64,000 nucleotides of DNA from Lentisphaeria bacterium (lineage in GTDB: Bacteria; Verrucomicrobiota; Lentisphaeria; Oligosphaerales; CAITYL01), in assembly GCA_041648735.1 (NCBI GenBank), contig JBAZOO010000003.1:53670-117669 (forward strand), read 5' to 3'. Numbering within the stretch: the stretch's first letter is position 1; every line of letters starts with the position of its first letter. The notes beneath the pieces were generated by a model, which had not been told where the DNA came from, searched no databases, and was given only the letters and a program-made list of their open reading frames with translations. Position numbers and translations under genes: made by a program. Shown in pieces: positions 10,672-22,943 of the stretch.

Positions 10672-12510
10672 ATGAATCAGATTAATCTGCATCCCGGTGA
10701 AGGTGAAGGGGTTAACCGCAGCATCCTATTTTACAGCAGGCTGATCGACCTGGAATCGTTTCGGCGCTTTGCCTATATGGCTGCGGAGCTGGGGGCGACA
10801 CATGTCAACGTAGACAGTCTCCCTTTCAACCGATGGCGGTGGGAACTCGACCTGAACGATCCATACCCGAACTGGAGCATGATCACATTCACCTTGTTCG
10901 ATGTGGCTGTTCCGGAGGTGTTGAAACAGTGGATTCCCGCCGATCGGGCGGAACGCAACCTGGAGCTTATCGCACGGAAAGGGCAAGTTCTGCGGGAGCT
11001 GGGGCTGAAGGGCTTGGTCATGGGATGCGAGCCGATGTGGCTGCCTGGAGGCGCGTACCGAGAGCATCCCGAGTGGCGTGGGCCGCGCTGCAATCATCCG
11101 CTAAGATCGCGCAACTCCTATTACAGCCCATGCATCGACAACGCTGAAGTGCTGGCGATGTATAAGGAATCGGTAGCCAAGCTATGCCGCGCCGCGCCGA
11201 TTGACCGCTTTTCCTTTCTGACGAACGACTCGGGAGCGGGCCTCTGCTGGAGCGAGGGGCTGTACCCAGGCGTTAACGGGCCAAGCGCGTGCCGGCAGCG
11301 GCCGCTGCCGGAGCGTATTAGCAGTTGGATGTCTGCCATGCAGGAAGGAGCAGCCCAAGCCGGACAGCAGGCTCAGATTAATCTGTATGGCACCATTCCG
11401 GCTTCGGAGGTGAATTACACCGCCGGGCAACTGCTGCGGGACCAACTCATCGAAGGCCGGGGGCCGGGGATATCTGCTGCCTGGGCGGAAGCAGGGGCGC
11501 CCAACTTTATGTACGCTTCGTTCCAGTATCCGGTGAAGGAGTTGCCGCAGGCGGTGGATTTCGCCGAGCAGTTGGAAAGGGCGTTTGGCCGACAACATGA
11601 CAACGTGGTAGTAGGCTTTCCATCGGACCGATCCAGGGAATTGTTCGAGGTGTTTCGCCAATTCCGGAAGCAGGGAGGCAGCGGCCTGGCAGCCCGTGCC
11701 GCTCTGTTGCGCAATGCGGCAGAGGGGATTGCCGGCAGCGAAAGCGCCGGGCAATTGCTCGACGTATGGGAGCAGATCCGCCGTGCGATTGATGCAATCA
11801 CCCCGCTTGAGAACGGCGGTCCCATCCTGCTGTTGGGCGTCGTCGGACAAAGATGGCTGACCCGTCCGCTCGTACCGTTCCCGCTGGAGCTTGCGGATGA
11901 ACGGAAGGCGTACTACCGCCGTTTTCAATTTCAAGCGCGAAGCGAGCAGAATGCAGCAGATCTGATGGACTGCCAGGCAGCGAAATTCGCCCAAGGCAAG
12001 GTCGGCACTTGGCTTGCGAGCAAGCTTCTGAACCGTGCGATCAATCACGCGCAGGCTGCAATTCAGCTCTTGGGCGCCATGAAGCCGGGTACGGCGGCGG
12101 CACAAGCGCAGGCCGCGGGGGCGGAAGCAGAGGGCTGGAATCGGGAGGAACTGCAGCGGCGTCTGCGCGTATTCGTCTGTATGCTGCGATGTGCGCTCCA
12201 CACGGCCAACTACCAGGATTTGCTGGAGCGGTCGCGCAGCGCAAGCGCCGAGCCGGAGGTGGACCGCGGCGGCACCGCCCGCATTCTGCCGGTCGACATG
12301 CAGACGGTTGTCCGTGCCGAAACCGATAACATGCTCGAGCTGATCGGACTGCTGGAATCTGCCGCGGAAGCGCCGCTGATCACGGCTTCTGAGCCGGACG
12401 ATGAAAGCGTCTTTCTGCTTAGCCCTGACCTGGTGCGGCAGCTTCGGCTGAAAATCGATCTCATGGAGGAGCACTTCATGGAGCACAAACGGCTGAACGC
12501 CTCTTCGTGA
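10672..12510 (+). CDS. hypothetical protein (612 aa from ATG 10672), no family recognised
   Basis: Long ORF with coding-like composition. The ATG is preceded by AGGAAGGAAGAGGG. An alternative GTG at 10633 overlaps the upstream stop. The N-terminal part has an alternating pattern compatible with a TIM-barrel-like hydrolase, but this is speculation. Confidence 0.55.
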   Translation: MNQINLHPGEGEGVNRSILFYSRLIDLESFRRFAYMAAELGATHVNVDSLPFNRWRWELDLNDPYPNWSMITFTLFDVAVPEVLKQWIPADRAERNLELIARKGQVLRELGLKGLVMGCEPMWLPGGAYREHPEWRGPRCNHPLRSRNSYYSPCIDNAEVLAMYKESVAKLCRAAPIDRFSFLTNDSGAGLCWSEGLYPGVNGPSACRQRPLPERISSWMSAMQEGAAQAGQQAQINLYGTIPASEVNYTAGQLLRDQLIEGRGPGISAAWAEAGAPNFMYASFQYPVKELPQAVDFAEQLERAFGRQHDNVVVGFPSDRSRELFEVFRQFRKQGGSGLAARAALLRNAAEGIAGSESAGQLLDVWEQIRRAIDAITPLENGGPILLLGVVGQRWLTRPLVPFPLELADERKAYYRRFQFQARSEQNAADLMDCQAAKFAQGKVGTWLASKLLNRAINHAQAAIQLLGAMKPGTAAAQAQAAGAEAEGWNREELQRRLRVFVCMLRCALHTANYQDLLERSRSASAEPEVDRGGTARILPVDMQTVVRAETDNMLELIGLLESAAEAPLITASEPDDESVFLLSPDLVRQLRLKIDLMEEHFMEHKRLNASS

Positions 12511-12526
12511 GCCAGGCCTGAATCGG

Positions 12527-12576
12527 CAAGCGCGCTTTCCGCATCGTCCGCGGCGTCTCCGAGGCGCGGATTGAAA
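12527..12576 (+). repeat. 50-bp copy of an internal fragment of CDS 912..2780 (source 2015..2064)
   Basis: CAAGCGCGCTTTCCGCATCGTCCGCGGCGTCTCCGAGGCGCGG(T/A)TTGAAA occurs at both sites with one mismatch. At 12571-12576 it abuts the 22-bp repeat shared with 7667..7688. Confidence 0.8.
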
Positions 12577-12593
12577 TCAAAATTCCGGTCAGT
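12572..12593 (+). repeat. 22-bp direct repeat, right copy
   Basis: TGAAATCAAAATTCCGGTCAGT matches 7667..7688 at 21/22 positions. Confidence 0.7.
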
Positions 12594-12623
12594 GAGTGGC
12601 TGTCCCCAAGAAGCGCGCCCCCC

Positions 12624-12658
12624 AAAGAAAAACGGCGGCCGGGAGAACCCGGCCGCCG
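12624..12658 (-). terminator. rho-independent terminator downstream of gap
   Basis: Perfect 11-bp stem CGGCGGCCGGG / CCCGGCCGCCG with loop AGAA (12633-12658). On the minus strand it is followed by TTTTTCTTT (12624-12632). It lies 41 nt after the gap stop. Confidence 0.65.
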
Positions 12659-12698
12659 TCGCTTCTTCAAGCCCGTGTCGCCACGGGCGGGGAAGGGC

Positions 12699-15110
<2,412 letters not shown>

Positions 15111-15123
15111 TTGCGCCCGCCGC

Positions 15124-15175
15124 CGCCCGTAGCCCGCAGCCCGCAGCCCGCAGCCCGTAGCCCGCAGCCCGTAGC
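15124..15175. repeat. heptanucleotide tandem repeat (AGCCCGY)x~7.5
   Basis: GCCCGT AGCCCGC AGCCCGC AGCCCGC AGCCCGT AGCCCGC AGCCCGT AGC, read directly in the SEDS-hflX intergenic region. Confidence 0.9.
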
Positions 15176-15189
15176 TCCCCCTCCCCCCC

Positions 15190-16524
<1,335 letters not shown>

Positions 16525-16600
16525 TGCTTGACCCTGTACGCCACTCCCGCACCCCGTGAAAATCCACAATTGCCGCATTGTCCGGAGGTTTTCGCCCGGC

Positions 16601-16683
16601 GCCCGCGGAGTCCGCGGCGGGGGAAGTGTTTTCTCCGTGGTTTCCGGGTGCTCCGTGCGAAGACCGGATTTGCCTGTCCCCCC
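16601..16683 (+). repeat. dispersed ~87-bp intergenic repeat, copy A (diverged)
   Basis: GCCCGCGGAGTCCGCGGCGGGGGAAGTGTTTTCTCCGTGGTTTCCGGGTGCTCCGTGCGAAGACCGGATTTGCCTGTCCCC is roughly 88% identical by eye to copies B and C. It is followed by a 10-bp-stem hairpin GCCTGTCCCC(n11)GGGGACAGGC (16672-16702). Confidence 0.8.
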
Positions 16684-16838
16684 AACGTGCGAGGGGACAG
16701 GCAAAACCGGGCGCCGGCAGGTCCGTGGGCGTCCGTGCCCTGTCCGTGTTCCGTGTCCACGCCGCCCGCCGCCCGACCGGAGCCACAACATGCAACCGCA
16801 CCTTGCATTTGGAAAAACCAAATGTATTTTACGATGCC

Positions 16839-17972
16839 ATGATCCAAAGACCTTTCTGGCAGCAGCGAATCGCGGCGGCGTGGCGCGAAGCGCCCATTGC
16901 CTGGCTCTGCGGTGTCCGCCGCGTGGGCAAGACCACCTTGGCCGAAAGCCTGGACGCCGGACAACTGCTCTACGTCAACTGCGACCTGCCCGCGACCGAA
17001 GAGATGCTGCGCGATCCGGAACTGTTTTTCCGCGGCTGCTCCAAGCCGGTCGTCGGATTTGATGAAATCCATCAGCTTCGCGACCCGGCGCGGGTTTTGA
17101 AGATCGGTGCCGACTGCTTTCCGAACCTCAAAATCCTTGCCACCGGTTCTTCCACGCTGGCCGCCAGCAAAAAGTTCCGCGACACCTTGACGGGCCGCAA
17201 GCGGCTGGTGCATCTAACCCCGGTCCTGTGGGATGAATTGGCGGCCTTTGGCGTCACGCTGCCGCGGCGGTTGTTCCATGGCGGCTTGCCGCCCGCGCTG
17301 CTGGCGGATGCGAAATTGCCGGCCTTTTACCGGGAATGGCTGGATTCCTTTTTCGCCCGGGACATCCAGCGGCTATTCGGGTTCCGGGACATGAACCGCT
17401 TCAATGCGCTGTTTGAATATCTGCTGAAACAGAGCGGGGGGCCGTTCGAGGTGACCAAGGCGGCGGCGGCACTGGGGATCAGCCGGCCGACCGTGGAAAG
17501 CCACGTCAGCGCGCTGGAGATCACCCATGCCGTCACGCTGGTGCGCCCCTTCCACGGCGGCGGACAGAACGAACTGGTCAAGCAGCCCAAGATTTACGCC
17601 TTCGACACGGGGTTTGTGAGTTTCGCGCGCGGCTGGGATCCCCTGCGGCAGGAAGACTTGGGGACATTGTGGGAGCATTTGGTCCTGGAACATCTCCAAG
17701 CCCATTTTCCGGACACGCCGGTGCGCCATTGGCGCGACAAGCAGGGACGGGAAGTGGATTTCGTCCTGCCCCGCAGCCGGGATGAAGTGGATCTCATTGA
17801 GTGCAAGTGGGATCCCGGTGCGTTCGATGGTGCCGCCCTGCACGTCTTCCGCGGTTTTTATCCCAGAGGCCGCAACTACCTGGTCAGCCCCTCGGGGCGG
17901 GAGGGGTACACCCGGCGCTTCGGCGAACACGAAGTGCGGATCTGCACCCCGTCGGAACTGCGCGGGCCGTAA
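16839..17972 (+). CDS. AAA+ ATPase with C-terminal DUF4143-type domain
   Basis: Walker A CGVRRVGKTTLA, Walker B-like VVGFDEIHQL, C-terminal WRDKQGREVDFVL...VDLIECKW (restriction-endonuclease-like DUF4143 pattern). Start at ATG 16839; the upstream part of the track ORF runs through repeat A. Confidence 0.8.
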   Translation: MIQRPFWQQRIAAAWREAPIAWLCGVRRVGKTTLAESLDAGQLLYVNCDLPATEEMLRDPELFFRGCSKPVVGFDEIHQLRDPARVLKIGADCFPNLKILATGSSTLAASKKFRDTLTGRKRLVHLTPVLWDELAAFGVTLPRRLFHGGLPPALLADAKLPAFYREWLDSFFARDIQRLFGFRDMNRFNALFEYLLKQSGGPFEVTKAAAALGISRPTVESHVSALEITHAVTLVRPFHGGGQNELVKQPKIYAFDTGFVSFARGWDPLRQEDLGTLWEHLVLEHLQAHFPDTPVRHWRDKQGREVDFVLPRSRDEVDLIECKWDPGAFDGAALHVFRGFYPRGRNYLVSPSGREGYTRRFGEHEVRICTPSELRGP

Positions 17973-17999
17973 ACTCGCCGCTTGATTCACGACCTTCAA

Positions 18000-18022
18000 G
18001 GCCGAATTTGCCTGTCCCCAAG
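18000..18022 (+). repeat. partial (3-prime end) copy D of the dispersed repeat
   Basis: GCCGAATTTGCCTGTCCCCAAGG matches the ACCGGATTTGCCTG(C/T)CCCC..AAGG end of copies A-C. Together with copy A it brackets the AAA ATPase gene. Confidence 0.5.
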
Positions 18023-18062
18023 GCGGTCCCGGCGGCCTCAGCCAGCGGTTGCCGGCGGCGGG

Positions 18063-18596
18063 CTACATCAGCCGCCCTTCCTGGGCCAGCCGCTGGAGTT
18101 CCTGCTGGAACGCCATGATGTCCTGCTGGGTGGGCTTGGCGGAGCCGGCGGCGGGCTGGAGGCCGAGCCGGCCATAGTTGTCCACGTACCATTCGCCCTT
18201 GGCGCCGGAGGCGAAGCTGACTTCGCCGCTGATGGCGGCGCCGGGGCGCACCAGCTTGTTGACGCTGACGGTGGTCGCGCCGCCGCCGGCCGGCGGCGGC
18301 GCGGCGGCGAAGTCGTCGCCCGGCAGTTCCTCGGCTTCCAGCCCCTCCTCATCCGCGGCCGTCCCCGGAATGCCCGGCGGAGTGGCGGCAGCCATGGCCG
18401 GCGCGGGTGCCGGCTTGGGGGGGGCGACGGGATCCTGCCGCTGCCAGTTGACTTGCAGGTCGGCCGCCAGCAGGCGCAGGTCGAAATAGGTCAGCTTGAC
18501 CCCCTGCCGCTCCAGCTCCCGCTGCACTTCGGAGAGACTTTTGCCGGCATTGAGCAGTTGGACGATCAAGTCGTTGCGTTGGTCATCGGTCAGCAT
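18063..18596 (-). CDS. hypothetical protein (177 aa) with central Pro/Ala-rich linker
   Basis: MLTDDQRNDLIVQLLNAGKSLSEVQRELERQGVKLTYFDLRLL (helical, HTH-like N-domain), a PA-rich linker, then a C-terminal beta-rich part. Start taken at ATG 18596 within the 408-aa track ORF. Confidence 0.5.
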   Translation of the reverse strand: MLTDDQRNDLIVQLLNAGKSLSEVQRELERQGVKLTYFDLRLLAADLQVNWQRQDPVAPPKPAPAPAMAAATPPGIPGTAADEEGLEAEELPGDDFAAAPPPAGGGATTVSVNKLVRPGAAISGEVSFASGAKGEWYVDNYGRLGLQPAAGSAKPTQQDIMAFQQELQRLAQEGRLM

Positions 18597-18655
18597 GGTG
18601 GTGAAGAACTCCAGCGCCAGCAAGGACGGCGGCGGCGCATTCCGGGTTTCAGGCT

Positions 18656-19582
18656 TCAAGAATTCTCGCCCCACAAGGGCTGGGGATAGCGGCCGGCCAC
18701 GGTCAGGGCGCGGATGTTGGCGACGACCTCCGGCCGGTCTTCGGGGTAGGTCATGCCGAACCAGGCATCGCCGGTGCGCAGGACCTTGACGGTCGCCTCC
18801 CCCTCGCGGACGAGCCGGTCGGCCACGCTGGGAATGTAGAACTCGGCCTTGGGGTCGTGGGCGTGTTCGTGGAGGAACTCGACGAACAGCCGGTCGAGAT
18901 GGGGGAAGATGGCCGGCGTGAAGCCCCACATGTTCATCGAGACAACCGTCTCCTCCGGCAGCGGCGTGAAGCCGCCGTCGGGGTTGGCGTTGCGGATGCC
19001 GGCGGGGGAGTCGGCGATCTTCGGGTGCTCGACGACCCCTTGCAGGAACCCCTCGCCGTCCAGCCGGCAGACGCCGCGGCTGACCGTGCCGAACTTGGAG
19101 AGGGTGCGGCGCAGGGGGAAGCCGACCATGGCGAAGGGATGGGGGCGGGTGGAGGCGGCCGGCTGGCGGCGGAGGAAGTCGCCGAGCACCTCGTAGGATT
19201 CGGCGCCGTAGAAATCGTCGGCATTGATGACGGCGAACGGCTCCTGGACGGCGTGGCGGGCGGCACGGATGGCGTGGCCGGTGCCCCACGGCTTCGAGCG
19301 GCTGGCGGAAAGCTTGAAGCCCGCCGGCAGGTCGGCCAGCTCCTGGAAGACGACTTCAACCCCGAAGCCGGCGGGCAGCTTGCCGGCGAAATGGTCGCGG
19401 ACCGGCTTCTCCAGTTCGCGGCGGAGGACGAAGACGGCCTTGCCGAAGCCGGCGCGCCAGGCGTCGTGGACGGCGTAGTCCAGGGCGATCTCGCCATGGT
19501 CGCCGACCGGCGCGATCTGCTTGAAGCCGCCGTAGCGGCTGCCGAGGCCGGCGGCGAGGATGATCACGGTGGGTTTGGGCAT
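18656..19582 (-). CDS. sugar-phosphate nucleotidyltransferase family protein
   Basis: N-terminal VIILAAGLGSRYGGFKQ matches the NTP_transferase G-loop (LAAGxGxRxxxxxK), with a Rossmann-like continuation. Start at MPKPTVII. Confidence 0.7.
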   Translation of the reverse strand: MPKPTVIILAAGLGSRYGGFKQIAPVGDHGEIALDYAVHDAWRAGFGKAVFVLRRELEKPVRDHFAGKLPAGFGVEVVFQELADLPAGFKLSASRSKPWGTGHAIRAARHAVQEPFAVINADDFYGAESYEVLGDFLRRQPAASTRPHPFAMVGFPLRRTLSKFGTVSRGVCRLDGEGFLQGVVEHPKIADSPAGIRNANPDGGFTPLPEETVVSMNMWGFTPAIFPHLDRLFVEFLHEHAHDPKAEFYIPSVADRLVREGEATVKVLRTGDAWFGMTYPEDRPEVVANIRALTVAGRYPQPLWGENS

Positions 19583-19712
19583 GGTCGGTTCGGCCTTTCC
19601 GGGTTCGCCGGCCGGGATGGGCGGCGTGGCGGCGGCAGGGGTTGTACTGTAGCCGCGCAAGGCGCTGGCGCAACCGGCTTGACTTCCGGTGGGGAGGGAG
19701 TAGACTTGGCAG

Positions 19713-19727
19713 TGTTAAAAAATTAAC
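19713..19727. promoter_or_regulatory. AT-rich imperfect palindrome, possible Rex-type operator or promoter element upstream of rex
   Basis: TGTTAAAAAATTAAC (TGTTAA/TTAAC arms), 29 nt upstream of the rex start, in the divergent region with the nucleotidyltransferase gene. It resembles the TTGTTAAnnnnTTAACAA variant of Rex boxes as I recall it. Confidence 0.35.
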
Positions 19728-19755
19728 GCGACCGCGCCAGCAAGGGAGCGCGACC

Positions 19756-20454
19756 ATGCCTGCCGCAACGACCGCCGGCAAGCCGGAACGCCGGATCACC
19801 TGGCCGACCGTGCTGCGGCTCTCGGAGTACCTGATCATCCTGGAGGAGCTGGCGGACAGCCACACCGAGGTGGTCTCCAGCCGCGAATTGGCGGCGATCT
19901 ACGGCAACAACGCCAACCAGGTGCGGCAGGACCTGTCCAGCCTGGGGCACACCGGCCGGGTCGGCCAGGGCTATTCGGTCAAGGAGCTGGAACAGATGAT
20001 CCGGCGGGCGCTCGGGCTCAACGTGCGCCGCAACCTGGCCCTGGTCGGCTGCGGGCGGCTGGGGACGACGGTGGCGCTGCATGTGCCGCTGGCCAAGTAC
20101 GGGATGGACCTGGTGGCGGCCTTCGACGTCGCCCACCACCTCGTCGGCACGCACCTGGGGCCGGTGATGGTCGAGCACGCCTCGCGCATCGCCGAGGTCT
20201 GCCGCGAGCGCAACATCAAGCTGGCGGTGCTGACCGTGCCCAAGAGCACGGCCCAGGAATCGGCCGACCAGCTCGTCCTGGGCGGGGTGGAAGGGATCCT
20301 CAACTACACCCGCGTCCGGCTGCGGGTGCCGCCCCACGTGGTGGTGCAGAACCGGCAGATCGTCTGCTCTTTCCTGCAACTCTTCCATGCCACCTGCAAC
20401 CGCGACCGGATGGCCCCCGGCGACACCGGCACCGCCCCCGCCATCGCCCTGTAG
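19756..20454 (+). CDS. rex: redox-sensing transcriptional repressor Rex
   Basis: RLSEYLIILEEL....VSSRELA...G.NANQVRQDLS..G..GRVGQGYSV (winged-helix Rex N-domain) followed by a Rossmann LALVGCGRLGTTVA. Confidence 0.85.
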   Translation: MPAATTAGKPERRITWPTVLRLSEYLIILEELADSHTEVVSSRELAAIYGNNANQVRQDLSSLGHTGRVGQGYSVKELEQMIRRALGLNVRRNLALVGCGRLGTTVALHVPLAKYGMDLVAAFDVAHHLVGTHLGPVMVEHASRIAEVCRERNIKLAVLTVPKSTAQESADQLVLGGVEGILNYTRVRLRVPPHVVVQNRQIVCSFLQLFHATCNRDRMAPGDTGTAPAIAL

Positions 20455-20505
20455 CCGCCCCCACCCCGCCGCCCGGCCACCTTCCCCATCCAACCACTTG
20501 AGGTT

Positions 20506-21957
20506 ATGCCCATGGACGACCGTGCCATCTACGAAAACCCGCTGGCGCAGCGCTACGCCAGCAAGGAGATGAACCGGCTCTGGTCGCCGCGGACCAAGTT
20601 CAGCACCTGGCGCAAGCTGTGGGTGGCGTTGGCCAAGGCGGAACGGCAGCTCGGCCTGCCGATCACGGCGGCCCAGGTCGCCAGCCTGGAGGCGCATCTC
20701 ACGGACATCAACTTCGCGGCCGCCGAGGCGTGGGAGAAGAAGCTGCGCCACGACGTCATGAGCCACATCCAGGCCTATGGCGAGCAGTGCCCGGAGGCCA
20801 AGCCGATCATCCACCTCGGCGCCACGAGCTGCTACGTCACCGACAACACCGAGCTGATCCAGATGCGGGAGGGGCTGCGCCTGCTCACGGGCAAGCTCGC
20901 CGCCGTGATCCGTTCCCTGGCGGCCTTCGCCCGGCAATGGCGCGGCCTGCCGACGCTCGGCTTCACCCACTTCCAGCCAGCCCAGCTCACCACCGTCGGC
21001 AAGCGCGCCTGCCTCTGGCTCTACGACTTCACGCTCGACTTCGCCACCCTGGAGCGGCTGGCCGAGGAGCTGCCCTTCCGCGGCGTCAAGGGCACCACTG
21101 GCACCCAGGCGAGCTTCCTCGAACTCTTTGCGGGCGACCACGCCAAGGTCCGCGAGCTGGACCGCCTGGTCACCGCCGCCATGGGCTTCAAGGCCGCCGT
21201 GCCGGTCGCCGGGCAGACCTATAGCCGCAAACATGACTTCGCCGTGCTCGCCGCCCTCTCCGCCCTCGCCCAGTCCGCCGCCAAGATGGCCACCGACCTC
21301 CGCCTGCTGGCGCACCTCAAGGAGATCGAGGAGCCGTTCGAGACGGGGCAGGTCGGCTCCAGCGCCATGGCCTACAAGCGCAACCCCATGCGCTGCGAAC
21401 GGATCTGCGCCCTGGCGCGCTACGTCATGAGCCTCGAGGCCAACGCCGCCCAGACCCAGGCCAACCAGTGGTTCGAACGCACCCTCGACGACTCCGCCAA
21501 CCGCCGCCTCTCCCTCCCCCAGGCCTTCCTCGCCGCCGACATCATCCTCTCCACCGCCGCCAACGTCGCCAGCGGCCTCCAGGTCTGGCCCAAGGTCATC
21601 GGACGCCATGTCCAGGCCGAACTGCCGTTCATGGCGACCGAGGCGGTGATCATGGCCGGCGTCAAGGCCGGGGGCGACCGCCAGGAGCTGCACGAGGCCA
21701 TCCGCACCCACTCCATGGCCGCCGGCCGCCGGGTCAAGGAGGAGGGCGCCGACAACGACCTGCTCGACCGCCTCGCCGCCGACCCGCTCTTCGCCGCCAT
21801 CCGCCACGAACTGCCCACCCTCACCGACCCGCGCCGCTTCACCGGCCGCGCCCCGGAGCAGGTGGCCGAATTCCTCGCCGAAGTGGTCGAGCCGCTGCTC
21901 GCCCGCGCCGCCGCCACCACCGCCGCCACCGCCACCCCCGACGAGGTGCAGCTCTGA
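20506..21957 (+). CDS. purB: adenylosuccinate lyase
   Basis: [13 protein letters not shown], and the fumarate-lyase signature [15 protein letters not shown]. Length and overall pattern are typical of PurB. Confidence 0.93.
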   Translation: MPMDDRAIYENPLAQRYASKEMNRLWSPRTKFSTWRKLWVALAKAERQLGLPITAAQVASLEAHLTDINFAAAEAWEKKLRHDVMSHIQAYGEQCPEAKPIIHLGATSCYVTDNTELIQMREGLRLLTGKLAAVIRSLAAFARQWRGLPTLGFTHFQPAQLTTVGKRACLWLYDFTLDFATLERLAEELPFRGVKGTTGTQASFLELFAGDHAKVRELDRLVTAAMGFKAAVPVAGQTYSRKHDFAVLAALSALAQSAAKMATDLRLLAHLKEIEEPFETGQVGSSAMAYKRNPMRCERICALARYVMSLEANAAQTQANQWFERTLDDSANRRLSLPQAFLAADIILSTAANVASGLQVWPKVIGRHVQAELPFMATEAVIMAGVKAGGDRQELHEAIRTHSMAAGRRVKEEGADNDLLDRLAADPLFAAIRHELPTLTDPRRFTGRAPEQVAEFLAEVVEPLLARAAATTAATATPDEVQL

Positions 21958-21969
21958 CCCCCCCCGGAA

Positions 21970-22032
21970 TTTTCGCTTTTCGATTTTCGATTTTCGGTTG
22001 CCGGTTGCCGGTCACCGGTTGCCGGTCGCCGG
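21970..22032. repeat. nine consecutive heptads (TTTTCGN)x4 (TYRCCGG)x5 in the purB-mazG spacer
   Basis: TTTTCGC TTTTCGA TTTTCGA TTTTCGG TTGCCGG TTGCCGG TCACCGG TTGCCGG TCGCCGG, read directly. The segment 21989-22010 is an imperfect inverted repeat (20/22) of 22099-22120, just upstream of the mazG ATG. Confidence 0.85.
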
Positions 22033-22125
22033 CATCCCCGGACTCGCGGGAAAAGATGTGCGGATTTGTGAAGATTTGGGGGGCTGAAACTTGAAAATCG
22101 GCAAGCGGCAAGCGAAAATCCTCCC

Positions 22126-22923
22126 ATGACGCCCGACTACCTCCAGGAATTGGCGGAGATCATGGCCCGGCTGCGCGCCGCCGATGGCTGCCCCTGGGAC
22201 CGCGCCCAGACCCACGCCACCCTCAAGCAGTTCCTCGTCGAGGAATGCGCCGAGTTCCTTGACGCCGTGGACGAGGGCGACGACGCCGGGATGTGCGAGG
22301 AGCTGGGCGATCTCCTCCTTCAGGTCGCCTTCCACTGCCAGATCGCCCGCGAACGCGGCGCCTTCGGCCTGCCGGACGCCGCCCGCTCGATCTGCGAAAA
22401 GCTGCGCCGCCGCCATCCCCATGTCTTTGGCGGCGCCACGGTCAAATCCACCGCCGAGGTCCATGCCAACTGGGACCGGATCAAGCGGGAAGAGAAAAAG
22501 CACGACCCGGAACGGCAGTCGGCCATTGGCGGCGTGCCGCGCCACCTGCCCGCCCTCCACCGGGCCCACAAGACGCTCAAGAAGGCCGCCAAGACCGGCT
22601 TCGAATGGGAAAGCCTCGAAGCCGCCCTGGCCAAGGTCGAGGAGGAATTGGGCGAAGTCCGCAAGGCCCTGGCGGCGCGGGACGACGCCGCGCTGCGCGA
22701 GGAGCTGGGCGACCTCCTGTTCAGCACCGCCGCCCTCAGCGCCCAGCGCGGCTGGGTCGCCGAGGAGCTGCTTGGCGAGGCCCTGCGCAAGTTCGAGCGG
22801 CGCTTCCGCCACCTGGAACACCTCGCCGCCGCCACCGGGCGGAACTTGGGCGACCACACCCCCGCTGAACTCCGCGCTCTCTGGGGCAAGGCCAAGCACG
22901 CCACCGCCGCCGGCCAGCCCTGA
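22126..22923 (+). CDS. mazG: nucleoside triphosphate pyrophosphohydrolase MazG
   Basis: LRAADGCPWDRAQTH.TLK..L.EE..E..DA and a second EELGD/EEVGEV-type MazG repeat (EEELGEVRKAL..REELGDLLFS). Confidence 0.9.
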   Translation: MTPDYLQELAEIMARLRAADGCPWDRAQTHATLKQFLVEECAEFLDAVDEGDDAGMCEELGDLLLQVAFHCQIARERGAFGLPDAARSICEKLRRRHPHVFGGATVKSTAEVHANWDRIKREEKKHDPERQSAIGGVPRHLPALHRAHKTLKKAAKTGFEWESLEAALAKVEEELGEVRKALAARDDAALREELGDLLFSTAALSAQRGWVAEELLGEALRKFERRFRHLEHLAAATGRNLGDHTPAELRALWGKAKHATAAGQP

Positions 22924-22943
22924 AGCCGCGGGGCCGGAACGCC

